Shown here: piece after piece, positions 38,747 to 47,984 of the stretch | Layout of the letters: every line of letters begins with the position of its first letter | Position numbering within the stretch: the stretch's first letter is position 1 | Source of the DNA: Candidatus Multivoradales bacterium | Lineage (GTDB): Bacteria; Acidobacteriota; Thermoanaerobaculia; Multivoradales; Multivoraceae | Length of the DNA stretch: 64,000 nt | Direction of reading: 5' to 3' | Assembly: GCA_965223325.1 (NCBI GenBank) | Contig: CBDCWI010000001.1 | Coordinates: 1,504,001 to 1,568,000, forward strand | Position numbers and translations under genes: made by a program | Notes under the pieces: generated by a model | What the model saw: only the letters and a program-made list of their open reading frames with translations | The model's database searches: none | Told to the model about the DNA's origin: nothing

Positions 38747-38869
38747 GACTGGTTCCGCTGGTCTGGCGGAGTCCGCCTGGACGCCGAGACCGACGCGGCG
38801 ACTGATCGCTCGGTCAACGCAGGCAGCGTCTCGGGAACACTCGTCAGTCCCAAGCTGAGCCTCGCCTTC
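38747..38869 (+). pseudogene. Diverged fragment of a paralog of the TonB receptor (matches 36216-36341)
   Basis: DWFRWSGGVRLDAETDAATDRSVNAGSVSGTLVSPKLSLAF vs DWFRWSGGVRLDGYQADVASDRAVNSGSVSDTLISPKLSLAF. Confidence 0.85.
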
Positions 38870-41606
38870 AGCCGTCTTCGCGTAAACAGACCTGGGGATC
38901 AACGGTGCCGGCACGACGCGCCGGAACCGCACACGCCACCAGCGCGGTCGCCAGGAGAAGCAAGGTGACTCCTGCGATCGCCAAGGGATCAGTCGGTCGG
39001 ACCGAGAACAGGGTGGCACTGGCAACGCTGGAAAGAGCAAGCGCAGCCAGAAGGCCGACCAACCAACCGGTTCCCACCATCACCATGCCCTCCCTCAGAA
39101 CACTCAGCACGATCCCCAGGGGCTCGGCTCCCAGCGCCATACGAACGCCGATCTCGCGGCGGCGCGAAGCCACCGAGCGCGACAGAACCCCGAACAGCCC
39201 AAGAACCGCGAGGCTAATGGCCACCGCCGAGAAGATCGCCAGCCAGGCAGTCAATTGGCGTGGCAGGGCGATTGACCGCTGGACGATCTCCTCGTACTCG
39301 GCTAAGTCAACGATCGGCACGGTGGGATCGAGAGAGCGCAACGTTTCTAGAACCCGGCCCATCGTCGCCTCGGTTGCGGCAGACGGCCCCGGGGCTAGAC
39401 GAACTGCAAACGTCATGTCTCGCGGTGAGTAGTACGCGGTCTCGAACGCCTGGGCGTGTGGCACGTACCAGCGGTCCTCAGCGGGTTGGTCGAGGCCGAA
39501 GTAGCGCACGTCGCCGACGACCCCCACCACCGTCATCCAGGGCGCATCCTCGCTGAAGACCCGGAAGCGTTTTCCGAGAGCCTCTTGCCCCGGCCAGTGG
39601 AGTTTGGCCATCGTCTCGTTGATCACCACCACTGGCACCGAAGCGACCGTGTCGGTCTTTTCGAAAGCCCGCCCGGCCTCGAGCCTCAGACCGAGAGCCT
39701 CGAAGGCCGACGGGGTCACCTGTTGAACTGCGGAGGCCGGCGCGTCACTCACCGTCGCCACGGGCTGCCCCTCGATCTCGATCGACCAACGGCTCACCCC
39801 GCCATCGAGCGGCAGGCTGCCCACCGAGCCAGCGGCTAGAACCCCCGGAAGCTCCCCGAGAGCGCGCTCGGCATTCTCAAAGAACGCCACCGCCTTCTCG
39901 TCGGTGTCGTAGCGACCCGGAGGGAGCGAGACGTCGAACACCACCACCCCGTCGGCGTTGAAGCCCGCGTCGACGCGCGCCAGCTCCTGCAGCGTTCGCG
40001 CCATCAGTCCGCAGCCGAGCAACAAGAGGACCGCCAGTCCGACCTGAACCACTACCAACCCGCGCCGGACCCACACCGCCTTTCTCGTCGCGCCATGGTC
40101 GCGGCGCGTCATGGCCCCCGAACGAATCGTTGACCGAAGAGCAGGCCACAAACCACACAGCACCGTCACTAGAACCGTCAGGCCCAGGACAACCGCCACG
40201 ACCCGTGGCTCGAACGACACCTGATCTGCGCGCGGCAGGCTCTCCGGCAAGAGCGCCGGAAGTAGCCGCTCACCCGCTTTGGCAATCGCCACCGCCAGCA
40301 GGCCGCCAAGACCCGCCAGGATGAGCGTTTCAACGACCAGTTGACTCACCAACCGACCACGTAGTGCACCCAGTGTGCGCCTGACGTCGAGCTCACGCTC
40401 GCGTTCCGCCGCCCGCCACAGCTGCAGGTTGGCAACGTTGGCACAGGTCAGAAGCAAGAGCGCTAACACGGCGGCCACAACAATCAGAACCGGTGTCTCA
40501 GCAGTACCAAGGAAGGCCTCGCGCATCGACTGCACGCGCAGTCGATGACCACCGTTGGCGTAGATCTCGGGATAGGCACTCTCGGTTTGTGCCGCCAGGA
40601 CGTCGGTTACGGCTACCGCCTCATCGAACGTGACACCGGGCGCTAGCCGAGCCACGACGTTGAGATAGTGGTTGTTGCGCGCCCACGGAGCATCGAGGTC
40701 GAGCTTGAGAGGGAAGTAGAGGTCGAAACGGGGCGTGGGGTAGTGAAAGCCTTCCGGCATCACCCCCACCACCCGAAAGGGTTCGCCGTCGAAAGAAACG
40801 GTAGCTCCCACCGCGTCGGGCATACCGCCCAGCGACGAGCGCCAGAAAGCGTGGCTCACCACGACCACATCCGCTCCACCGGGACTGTCTTCCGCCGCAT
40901 CGAAGAAGCGTCCCAACTCGGGCTGAACACCCAGGGTCTGTGCCAGATCAGCTGTCGCCTCGACCGCCAGCAGCCGACGTGACTCCGGCTCGCCCAGCAA
41001 GGTCACCGGACGCCCACGCCAACCCGTCAATGACTCGAAGGAGTCGAGCTCGCGCAGATCGTGCAAACCGGGCTCTGACGTCCCATGCCACATCGCGCCG
41101 CGGCTCTGGACCTGGATCACCGCCAGGTCTTCGGCAGCAGGATACTCGAGTGGCTGCAAGAGAATCGCGTCGGCGAACATGTAGACGACGGCGCTCTGCC
41201 CGATCCCGAGGCCGAGCATGGCCGCAATGAGAAGGCTGGCAGCCGGCCGGCGCTTGATCATGCGCACACCGAGCTGTAGGTCACGCCCCAACCAGCCGAT
41301 CGTGTTTCGAAATGATGAGGACTCAACCGTCATGGCGCGGCTCCTTTGAAACGAGTGGTCAGCGGGTTTGGGGGTGCGCGCTACGCCCCGGTCTCGAAGC
41401 GAGCGATGCCAGATCACCGAAAGGACCTGGCGCGCAAGCCAGAGCAGCTCGGCCGTGGCTGAGCCGCGTCGTGCAGTACGCCGCCGCCACTCCTCTGCCA
41501 GGTCGCCGGCAAGGAACTCACGCTCGTGCGTTGGGGCCAGTCGCTCAGCCAGGCCGAGCAACCGCCGAGAGAGCCAGCGGCGGACCCCCACTACACCGCC
41601 CGCCAC
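38868..41606 (-). CDS. Duplicated orphan ABC permease (ADOP, MacB/FtsX x2) with N-terminal prefix
   Basis: GDLAEE prefix; LGLGIG, CANVANL, QLVVE, VVVQV, RRREIGVRMALGA, PARRAGTVDP; start may be GTG 41591. Confidence 0.92.
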   Translation of the reverse strand: MAGGVVGVRRWLSRRLLGLAERLAPTHEREFLAGDLAEEWRRRTARRGSATAELLWLARQVLSVIWHRSLRDRGVARTPKPADHSFQRSRAMTVESSSFRNTIGWLGRDLQLGVRMIKRRPAASLLIAAMLGLGIGQSAVVYMFADAILLQPLEYPAAEDLAVIQVQSRGAMWHGTSEPGLHDLRELDSFESLTGWRGRPVTLLGEPESRRLLAVEATADLAQTLGVQPELGRFFDAAEDSPGGADVVVVSHAFWRSSLGGMPDAVGATVSFDGEPFRVVGVMPEGFHYPTPRFDLYFPLKLDLDAPWARNNHYLNVVARLAPGVTFDEAVAVTDVLAAQTESAYPEIYANGGHRLRVQSMREAFLGTAETPVLIVVAAVLALLLLTCANVANLQLWRAAERERELDVRRTLGALRGRLVSQLVVETLILAGLGGLLAVAIAKAGERLLPALLPESLPRADQVSFEPRVVAVVLGLTVLVTVLCGLWPALRSTIRSGAMTRRDHGATRKAVWVRRGLVVVQVGLAVLLLLGCGLMARTLQELARVDAGFNADGVVVFDVSLPPGRYDTDEKAVAFFENAERALGELPGVLAAGSVGSLPLDGGVSRWSIEIEGQPVATVSDAPASAVQQVTPSAFEALGLRLEAGRAFEKTDTVASVPVVVINETMAKLHWPGQEALGKRFRVFSEDAPWMTVVGVVGDVRYFGLDQPAEDRWYVPHAQAFETAYYSPRDMTFAVRLAPGPSAATEATMGRVLETLRSLDPTVPIVDLAEYEEIVQRSIALPRQLTAWLAIFSAVAISLAVLGLFGVLSRSVASRRREIGVRMALGAEPLGIVLSVLREGMVMVGTGWLVGLLAALALSSVASATLFSVRPTDPLAIAGVTLLLLATALVACAVPARRAGTVDPQVCLREDG

Positions 41607-41926
41607 TGTTCGTCGAGGCCGCGTGAAAGCGCCCGCAGGTCTCCCAGGGTGCGCTGCAGCGCCCGCTTGCCTGGGGTCTCGAGGCGGTAGAACTTTCGGC
41701 GCCGGCCGCCGCGCACGCCGGTTGGCTCTCCGACACGCGAGCGCACCATTCCCTTGCGCTCGAGACGATCCAATGTCTTGTAGACCGCTCCCAGACTGAC
41801 GCGGCGGGCCGTGTGCTCTTCAATCTCGCGCAGCATCGCCGCCCCGTAGGCGCCGTCGCCAAGGCGCAGCAGGGTCAACGCAAGCACCAGTTCAAAGTCA
41901 CCGAGACGCTTCTCGTCACGCTTCAT
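41591..41926 (-). CDS. PadR family transcriptional regulator
   Basis: LGDFELV, AYGA, SLGAVYKTLDRLERKG, RGGRRRKFY. Confidence 0.92.
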   Translation of the reverse strand: MKRDEKRLGDFELVLALTLLRLGDGAYGAAMLREIEEHTARRVSLGAVYKTLDRLERKGMVRSRVGEPTGVRGGRRRKFYRLETPGKRALQRTLGDLRALSRGLDEQWRAV

Positions 41927-41955
41927 GATCCCTACCCTTCATGGATATCGATGAT

Positions 41956-41976
41956 TTGTACGACATTGTCACAGAA
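41956..41976. promoter_or_regulatory. Candidate PadR operator
   Basis: TTGTAC-GACATTGTC-ACAGAA (core GACA-T-TGTC palindrome) 30 nt upstream of padR. Confidence 0.4.
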
Positions 41977-42011
41977 AGGTTGCAAGCGCACGACACGGAT
42001 AGTCTCTCTGA

Positions 42012-42731
42012 GTGTCGACGGACCAACACAGCCCAATCATCTTCGACTGCGACGGGGTACTCGTCGACAGCGAGGCCCTTTCGATCTCGCTCGAGGTCGG
42101 GCTGCTCGAGGAGGCGGGCTTCTCGGTGTCAGCAGACGAGATCACCGAGCGTTTCGTTGGCATGACCTACAGCGGAATGATCCAGACACTCGAGGAAGAG
42201 CAAGGGCGGCGAGCACCACCAGCACTGCGCCAAACCATCGAAGAAACCGTGCTCGAGGCGATCCGATCGAGGCTCACCGCAGTCTCAGGGATGAAACAAG
42301 TGCTCGAGCACCTCGAGAAGCGCGGTATCCCACGTTCGGTCGCCTCGAGCAGCAACCTGGACCGCGTCGCCCTATCACTAGAAGTCACCGGTCTTCGCGG
42401 CCTCTTCGAAAGCGGCAGTCTCTTTTCTGCTGAGATGGTCGAGTGTGGCAAGCCTGCGCCCGACCTCTTCCTCCATACCGCAAGAACCCTGGGCTTCGAC
42501 CCCGCCGCGTGCATCGTCATCGAAGACAGCCCTCACGGCGTGATCGCCGCAGCCGCCGCGGGTATGCGCCCAATCGGTTTCCTGGGAGGAAGCCACACGG
42601 GACCCACCCTCAAAGAGCGCTTGCTCGCGGCAGGAGCTCAGCAGGTCGTCGATTGCGCCGAGTCTCTTCTGCCGCTGCTTGACCCTAACTTGAAACGATC
42701 GACTGTCGACCATCCGGAGGCCACAGAGTGA
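42012..42731 (+). CDS. HAD family phosphatase
   Basis: IFDCDGVLVDSE, VASSS, GKPAPDLF, IEDSPHG. Confidence 0.93.
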   Translation: MSTDQHSPIIFDCDGVLVDSEALSISLEVGLLEEAGFSVSADEITERFVGMTYSGMIQTLEEEQGRRAPPALRQTIEETVLEAIRSRLTAVSGMKQVLEHLEKRGIPRSVASSSNLDRVALSLEVTGLRGLFESGSLFSAEMVECGKPAPDLFLHTARTLGFDPAACIVIEDSPHGVIAAAAAGMRPIGFLGGSHTGPTLKERLLAAGAQQVVDCAESLLPLLDPNLKRSTVDHPEATE

Positions 42732-43294
42732 TCCTGTTTCGGCGCCACGTTCTCCTTGGCGGCTTTGCGGCCGCTCTCCTCATCTCAATTGCCACTCCTA
42801 CGACCGGTCAGAACAAGTCGGCCGACCACCAACCGAACGAGCATCTAAGGGCCTTCGAGCCCTTCCTCGACCACGTCTGGAAGGCCAAGGTCAACGAGAC
42901 CGAGGACGGCAAGCCCGTTTTCGATGTCGCGCGCTGGGAACTCGCCCTGTCTGGTCAGGCGATCCGGATGTTCCATTCGGTCAACGAAGGCAGCTATGGC
43001 GGCGAGACGATCGTCATGTGGGACCGCGAGAAAGAAGCGCTGGTCTACACCTACTTCACCACCGCCGGCTTCTTTACCCAAGGCACGATTGAGTTCGACG
43101 ACGACGGCTCCTTCAAGAGCCGCGAGTTAGTGACTGGAAACCAGAGCGGCTTCACCGAGGTGGAATCCACCAGCCGCCTGCTGCCCGACGGCCGGATGAA
43201 GGTGCATACCCGCATGCTGCAGAACGGCAGCTGGGTGGATCGTGGCGAGGTCTTCTACGAGAAGTCACCGGGAACCAGGCTGGTCCTCGACTAG
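42728..43294 (+). CDS. Secreted hypothetical beta-barrel protein
   Basis: Signal peptide; GTGA overlap with HAD gene; YGGETIVMWD...YFTTAG. Confidence 0.7.
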   Translation: MILFRRHVLLGGFAAALLISIATPTTGQNKSADHQPNEHLRAFEPFLDHVWKAKVNETEDGKPVFDVARWELALSGQAIRMFHSVNEGSYGGETIVMWDREKEALVYTYFTTAGFFTQGTIEFDDDGSFKSRELVTGNQSGFTEVESTSRLLPDGRMKVHTRMLQNGSWVDRGEVFYEKSPGTRLVLD

Positions 43295-43295
43295 G

Positions 43296-44552
43296 TCACC
43301 CACCTTGTTGTGAACCCGTGCGATCAACCTCATGCGCAAGACGCCTTCGGTGGCGAACGAGCACCGAAGCGGGTGCGGCGAGCAGCGCCGCACCGATCCA
43401 ACAAAGGCCGTTGTAGCCCACCGCCGCCAAGAGAAGACTCGCCGACATACTCGAGATCGCCGCCGAGACCCAGACCACCGAGTCCGCAGCGCCCTGAACA
43501 CGCGCACGCTCGTTTTGCGGCATGCCAGTGACCAGGAGCGAGCTACCGCCAACGAAACCAACGTTCCACCCCAGGCCGAGAAGAAAGAGCGCGAAGAGAA
43601 GGAGCCGGAAAGAATCTCCCGCGACAACGGCAACGAGGGCGGCGGCGACGAGAAGGGATAGCCCCAACGAGATCGTGCGCACCCTGCCACTCCGCTCAAC
43701 CAGCCGCCCTACCAGAGGCGAGAAGGCGTACATGCCGAGGGTGTGGGCGCTCGCGATCAGACCAACCGCCGCCAGGCCATGACCACCATGACGCACATGA
43801 AGCGGTGTCATCGACATGATCAAGACCATCACCACGTGACCAGTCACCATAGTGACTAAAGCCACCTGCACGCGAGGCTCTCCGACACGTGCCCACAAGC
43901 CGGCCGCAGATTGCTCGGCGACTCGGGATCGCGGCCCGTCGTAGAGCAGGGTCGTGGGGTCGGGACGCAAGAAAACGAAGTAGAGCGACATCGCAAAACT
44001 GAAGACCGAGAACGAAACCAGGTATCCACCGGCGAGCTCCGGCAACTCGAACGAGAGCGCCACGCGACCCGCCGGCGCGAGCAGATTCGGCCCGACCACC
44101 GCACCGACCGTTCCCATCCACACCACCATGCTCAATGCAACCGCTCGTTGTTCAGGCGGCCTGAGATCGGCCGAGATATAGCGCGTTTGCACACTGGCAC
44201 TCTGCCCACAGCCAATCACCAGCATCCCGAGAACAAGCAACGGGAACGACGAAACAACGGTGGCAGTAAACGCCGTCGCCGCACCTCCCGCCGCAACCGC
44301 ATAGGCAGCGATCAGCGCGCGCCGCAACCCGAATCGTTCACGCAACCGCGGCAAGAGCGACGCACCGGTCGCCACCCCCGTAATACCTGCGGCAAACGGC
44401 ACACCAGCCCAGGTCGTCGCACCAGTAATCTGCTCGGCCACCAGAGTGCTGATCGTCGTAGCAGCAACCATCGCGGTATAGCCAGCAGCCACAGCCAGCA
44501 GCAAGAACCTGGTAGTGCGGCGGCGCGCAGCCTGAAGTTGCGACTCGTTCAT
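43296..44552 (-). CDS. MFS transporter
   Basis: About 12 TM helices; RFGLRRAL, GAVVGP, MSMTPLH, HTLGMYAFS, GWN. Confidence 0.9.
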   Translation of the reverse strand: MNESQLQAARRRTTRFLLLAVAAGYTAMVAATTISTLVAEQITGATTWAGVPFAAGITGVATGASLLPRLRERFGLRRALIAAYAVAAGGAATAFTATVVSSFPLLVLGMLVIGCGQSASVQTRYISADLRPPEQRAVALSMVVWMGTVGAVVGPNLLAPAGRVALSFELPELAGGYLVSFSVFSFAMSLYFVFLRPDPTTLLYDGPRSRVAEQSAAGLWARVGEPRVQVALVTMVTGHVVMVLIMSMTPLHVRHGGHGLAAVGLIASAHTLGMYAFSPLVGRLVERSGRVRTISLGLSLLVAAALVAVVAGDSFRLLLFALFLLGLGWNVGFVGGSSLLVTGMPQNERARVQGAADSVVWVSAAISSMSASLLLAAVGYNGLCWIGAALLAAPASVLVRHRRRLAHEVDRTGSQQGG

Positions 44553-44661
44553 GGACGATCAGCTCACACGAACACTGTGAGGCCAACACAGCCTACACAC
44601 CACAACCGCACTGGGGACACAAGAACCCAACCGCGACAAGCGAAGCACAAGCAACAACAGA

Positions 44662-44777
44662 AAGCGCGACGTGCGAAGCACGAGCAGGCCCCGACACCAA
44701 CCCCAACAAGCGCGACGTGCGAAGCACGAGCAGGCCCCGACACCAACCCCAACAAGCGCGATGTGCGAAGCACGAGC
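44662..44777. repeat. 46-bp tandem repeat x2.5 with CGTGC-GAA-GCACG mini-hairpin
   Basis: Core AAGCGCGAYGTGCGAAGCACGAGC at 44662, 44708 and 44754; degenerate copy near 44632. Confidence 0.85.
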
Positions 44778-44822
44778 GCACACCCCCCCCCACACCAAAT
44801 CGGACGCTGCGGACGACCGAGA

Positions 44823-44971
44823 GGGTTCGGAGCCTGGGGCGTGCGCCAGGGAGCAGTCAGGCGGCAACCATCAACGCGATGCCGAGAAAACCTGCAACCG
44901 CCGCCCAAACCAGCAGCCCAGGAAACGTCCGAGGACCGTCGCGGAAGGCGCACGCCCCAGGTTTCGAACCC
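44823..44971. mobile_element. 149-bp element bounded by 25-bp inverted repeats (MITE/REP-doublet-like)
   Basis: GGGTTCGGAGCCTGGGGCGTGCGCC (44823-47) vs GGCGCACGCCCCAGGTTTCGAACCC (44947-71); 23/25, both mismatches G-T. Confidence 0.65.
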
Positions 44972-45008
44972 GGCGCCACCCCCACAAACTCCCAACCACC
45001 ACGAACCC

Positions 45009-45067
45009 AACCAGTAACCAGTAACCAACAACCAACAACCAACAACCAACAACCAACAACCAACAAC
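45009..45067. repeat. Heptamer tandem repeat (AACCAGT)2(AACCAAC)6
   Basis: Read directly; ends 23 nt before the GST start codon. Confidence 0.92.
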
Positions 45068-45090
45068 AGCCGCCTTATGATCGCAGCGTC

Positions 45091-45699
45091 ATGATGAAAC
45101 TCCATCACGCCCCCCGCACCCGATCAGTACGAATAGTCTGGCTACTAGAAGAACTCGACCTCCCCTACGACATCGAAGAACACGAGTTCGCGCCCGCTCC
45201 CTCACCATTCTCGCAAACGACACCCACTGGCAAGTTCCCCACCCTCGAAGACGATGGGATGGTCATGTCCGAGTCGGGAGCGATCGTCGAGTACATCCTC
45301 GAACGCTACGCCGAAGGGCGCCTGCAGCCGCCCCTAGGTACCGCCGCACGCGGTCCGTTCCTGCAATGGATCCACTACGCAGAGGGCACCGCTCACCCAC
45401 CATTGGGGACCATCCTCTGGCATTCGATCTACAGAAAGGACGCCGACGAGGAGAGCCCGGTGATCCAGGCAGCGAGGGAGCGCGCTCACTCCACCGTTGC
45501 GCACATCGAACAAGCGTTGACCGAAAACGACTGGGTCGCGGGCGCCGAGTTCACCGCCGCCGACATCATGGTGACGTTCACGCTGCTCGCCGCCCGGCAG
45601 GTCGGCATTCTCGATGAGCGCTACCCGAAGATCGCTCAGTACCTCGGGAGGGTGATGCAGCGACCAGCGTTCCAGAAGGCCGCTATCGGCTCTCTCTAG
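45091..45699 (+). CDS. Glutathione S-transferase
   Basis: RSVRIVWLLEEL, PTGKFPTLED, SESGAI, FTAADI. Confidence 0.93.
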   Translation: MMKLHHAPRTRSVRIVWLLEELDLPYDIEEHEFAPAPSPFSQTTPTGKFPTLEDDGMVMSESGAIVEYILERYAEGRLQPPLGTAARGPFLQWIHYAEGTAHPPLGTILWHSIYRKDADEESPVIQAARERAHSTVAHIEQALTENDWVAGAEFTAADIMVTFTLLAARQVGILDERYPKIAQYLGRVMQRPAFQKAAIGSL

Positions 45700-45745
45700 C
45701 CCTGAAGCCTCTACCGCTCAGCGCTCGAACCAACGCACTAGACTA

Positions 45746-45777
45746 TGACTCCGTCTTCGAACTGACTCCGTCTTCGA
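45746..45777 (+). repeat. 15-bp direct repeat TGACTCCGTCTTCGA x2
   Basis: Copies at 45746 and 45763, just upstream of an AGGAGG RBS. Confidence 0.6.
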
Positions 45778-45798
45778 CCCGCACCTCAGGAGGCACCC

Positions 45799-46860
45799 AT
45801 GCGCAAGAACCTAGTCCTCGCCTGCACGATCTCGCTCTTTGTCGCTGGAGCCAGCGTCGCCGAAGACGAAACCAAACGCATGGCCAACGGCAAGCCGGAC
45901 CTTTCCGGCACCTACGACGCTGGCACCGTCACCCCAGTCGATCGCCCGCCGGCCTTCGGCACCAAGCTCTACCTGACGCCTGAGGAGGCCAAGAAGCTGG
46001 AAGAAGAGGCGGCTGCACGCATGGCCGAGGCGAACCAGAGAAGCGACGCCAACCGCGAAGCGCCACAACTCGGCGGCGATGGCAACAACATGTTCGGCGG
46101 CGGCGGTGTGGGTGGCTACAACGCGTTCTGGATCGACCCGGGCTCAGAGGCCGTGATGGTCGACGGTAAGTTCCGCACCTCCATCATCTCCGAACCCGAA
46201 AACGGCCGTCGTCCGCCGATGACGCCGAAGGGCATGCGAAACATGATGACCAATTTCGCATCCTTCACCTACGTTAACGACGGCACCGCGTCCTGGCTCG
46301 ACAAACCGGGCCCCGGCCCCTTCGACGGCCCCGAGACGCTGGCTCTCGCCGAGCGCTGCCTACTCGGCTTCAGCGGCGGCCCGCCGATGCTGCCGAGCCT
46401 CTACAACAACTATTTGCGCGTGATCCAGTCCGAAACCCACGTGATGATCCTGCTCGAGATGGTGCATGACGCGCGCATCGTACGCCTCGACTCGGAGCAC
46501 GGTCCGGAGGACGCCAAGAAATGGCTCGGGGACTCGATCGGCTACTGGGAAGGTGACACCCTGGTCGTTGAAAGCCGCAACTTCCGTGAGCGAACCGGCC
46601 TCTACGGCGGCGACGAGAACCTGCACGTCACCGAGCGCTTCTCGCGCACCGAAGGCGGCGACCTGCTCTACCAGTTCCGGGTCGAAGACCCGACCGTGTG
46701 GACCGCTCCCTGGGCGGGCGAGTACACCTGGAAGTCCAAGCCCGACAGCAAGGTCTACGAGTACGCCTGCCACGAAGGCAATTACGCGATGGGCAACATC
46801 CTGCGCGGCGCGCGGTTGTTGGAAGCGGAGTACGACGAGCCCAAGAAGAGCTCCGACTGA
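45799..46860 (+). CDS. Secreted conserved hypothetical protein (GKPDLSG...EYACHEGN family)
   Basis: Signal peptide; GKPDLSG, AERC, HDARI, GDSIGYWEGDTLVVE, YEYACHEGN. Confidence 0.85.
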   Translation: MRKNLVLACTISLFVAGASVAEDETKRMANGKPDLSGTYDAGTVTPVDRPPAFGTKLYLTPEEAKKLEEEAAARMAEANQRSDANREAPQLGGDGNNMFGGGGVGGYNAFWIDPGSEAVMVDGKFRTSIISEPENGRRPPMTPKGMRNMMTNFASFTYVNDGTASWLDKPGPGPFDGPETLALAERCLLGFSGGPPMLPSLYNNYLRVIQSETHVMILLEMVHDARIVRLDSEHGPEDAKKWLGDSIGYWEGDTLVVESRNFRERTGLYGGDENLHVTERFSRTEGGDLLYQFRVEDPTVWTAPWAGEYTWKSKPDSKVYEYACHEGNYAMGNILRGARLLEAEYDEPKKSSD

Positions 46861-46880
46861 GGGTCACTCGGAGTCCACCC

Positions 46881-47456
46881 TCATCCGCTGTTCGAGCCTG
46901 AGCCAGCTTCTTGGCCGGGTCCGGCGTGCCGGGCCCCGAGGACGGCGCCGCCAGCCAGAAGGACCAGAGAAAGGACCAGCCCGACCAGGCCTGCGCCGCA
47001 ACTCTCCGCCATGCCAACCCCAAGGAGAGCTGGATGGCTGAGCCCTGCCTCGGCGAGGGCATCAATCGTTTCTCGAATGAGGCCGGGCACCAGGCCGGCT
47101 CCCACAAGGAGCGGGACCAAGACCAGGGGCCACAGCACCCGCCGCGCGGAGAGCCACCAGCCGAAGACACCCACCGCCACAAGCAGAACAGCGAAAGCGC
47201 GGCCGCCCGTCGCTCGCAGAAGCGACAACGGGTCAACCATGTCACCGAGTTGCTCTTTGAAGGCATCCTGGAACTCGGGATCGTCGAGCTGCAACACCTC
47301 GCTCAGCTCGACGCCCGACCGCCCGGCGGCCGTATGGAGCATGGCTCCCAGGATGGCCCATTGCGCGACCGCCCACCCGCAGGCAAGCGCCAGCACGACC
47401 AGAGCGGTCCGGTTGGAGCGAAACGCTGCTCTACGGTCGCTGGATCGTCTTTCCAT
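46881..47456 (-). CDS. Hypothetical membrane protein (~4 TM)
   Basis: Hydrophobic helices in ORF 46881..47714; start trimmed because of overlap with the divergent gene. Confidence 0.55.
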   Translation of the reverse strand: MERRSSDRRAAFRSNRTALVVLALACGWAVAQWAILGAMLHTAAGRSGVELSEVLQLDDPEFQDAFKEQLGDMVDPLSLLRATGGRAFAVLLVAVGVFGWWLSARRVLWPLVLVPLLVGAGLVPGLIRETIDALAEAGLSHPALLGVGMAESCGAGLVGLVLSLVLLAGGAVLGARHAGPGQEAGSGSNSG

Positions 47457-47604
47457 GATCGATATCGAGAATGCCATAGGGCGACAGTTCGCCCGGGGGG
47501 CTCGGCAAGTACCTAGCCCAGGCTCGGACAACCCGAGTTGCCCCTTCACCGGACGAGGTCGATGATCACAGGATCCCGCAACTCGCCTGGAACAGGAGGC
47601 AATC

Positions 47605-47976
47605 GTGAAGAAGTCGCTGTTATTCGTTCTCGTCGTGGCGGCCGCCGCCCTCTTCCTTTCACCAGTGAACGCAAAAGACGTCCCCAGGCCAGAGCTCGTC
47701 TCCGGGGAAGTCATCAGCCTGTCGAACTACATGATGAAGGGTCTGACCGGCGAAGAGAACCTCGGCTCGAGCCTCTTCCACTCAGACGACCACGGGTTGC
47801 CCGTCGCGATCCTCGACCGCGAGAATGGCCAGCTCTTCATTGCCGTCGGCAAGCGGGCGACGTCACCCAACCCCAAGCTGCTGCCCTTGATGGGCAAGAT
47901 GGTCAATGCCCAGGGACCTGTCTATCGCAGTCATGGCGTCCAGCTGATCGAGCTGCAGATCGTCGCCGAACAGTAG
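47605..47976 (+). CDS. Small secreted hypothetical protein
   Basis: AGGAGG RBS; MKKSLLFVLVVAAAALF signal; SGEVISL...GLPVAIL. Confidence 0.75.
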   Translation: MKKSLLFVLVVAAAALFLSPVNAKDVPRPELVSGEVISLSNYMMKGLTGEENLGSSLFHSDDHGLPVAILDRENGQLFIAVGKRATSPNPKLLPLMGKMVNAQGPVYRSHGVQLIELQIVAEQ

Positions 47977-47984
47977 TCGCCGGG

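Noticed and set aside
36216-38869. DGR template/variable repeat pair
   Set aside because: Differences are not adenine-specific, include synonymous changes and an indel, and there is no reverse transcriptase
44662-44777. Mini-CRISPR (24-nt palindromic repeat plus 22-nt spacer)
   Set aside because: The two spacers are identical, so this is a tandem duplication
44778-44848. tRNA gene ending in GCCA
   Set aside because: No D-arm or anticodon arm and a poor T-stem; better explained as an inverted-repeat arm
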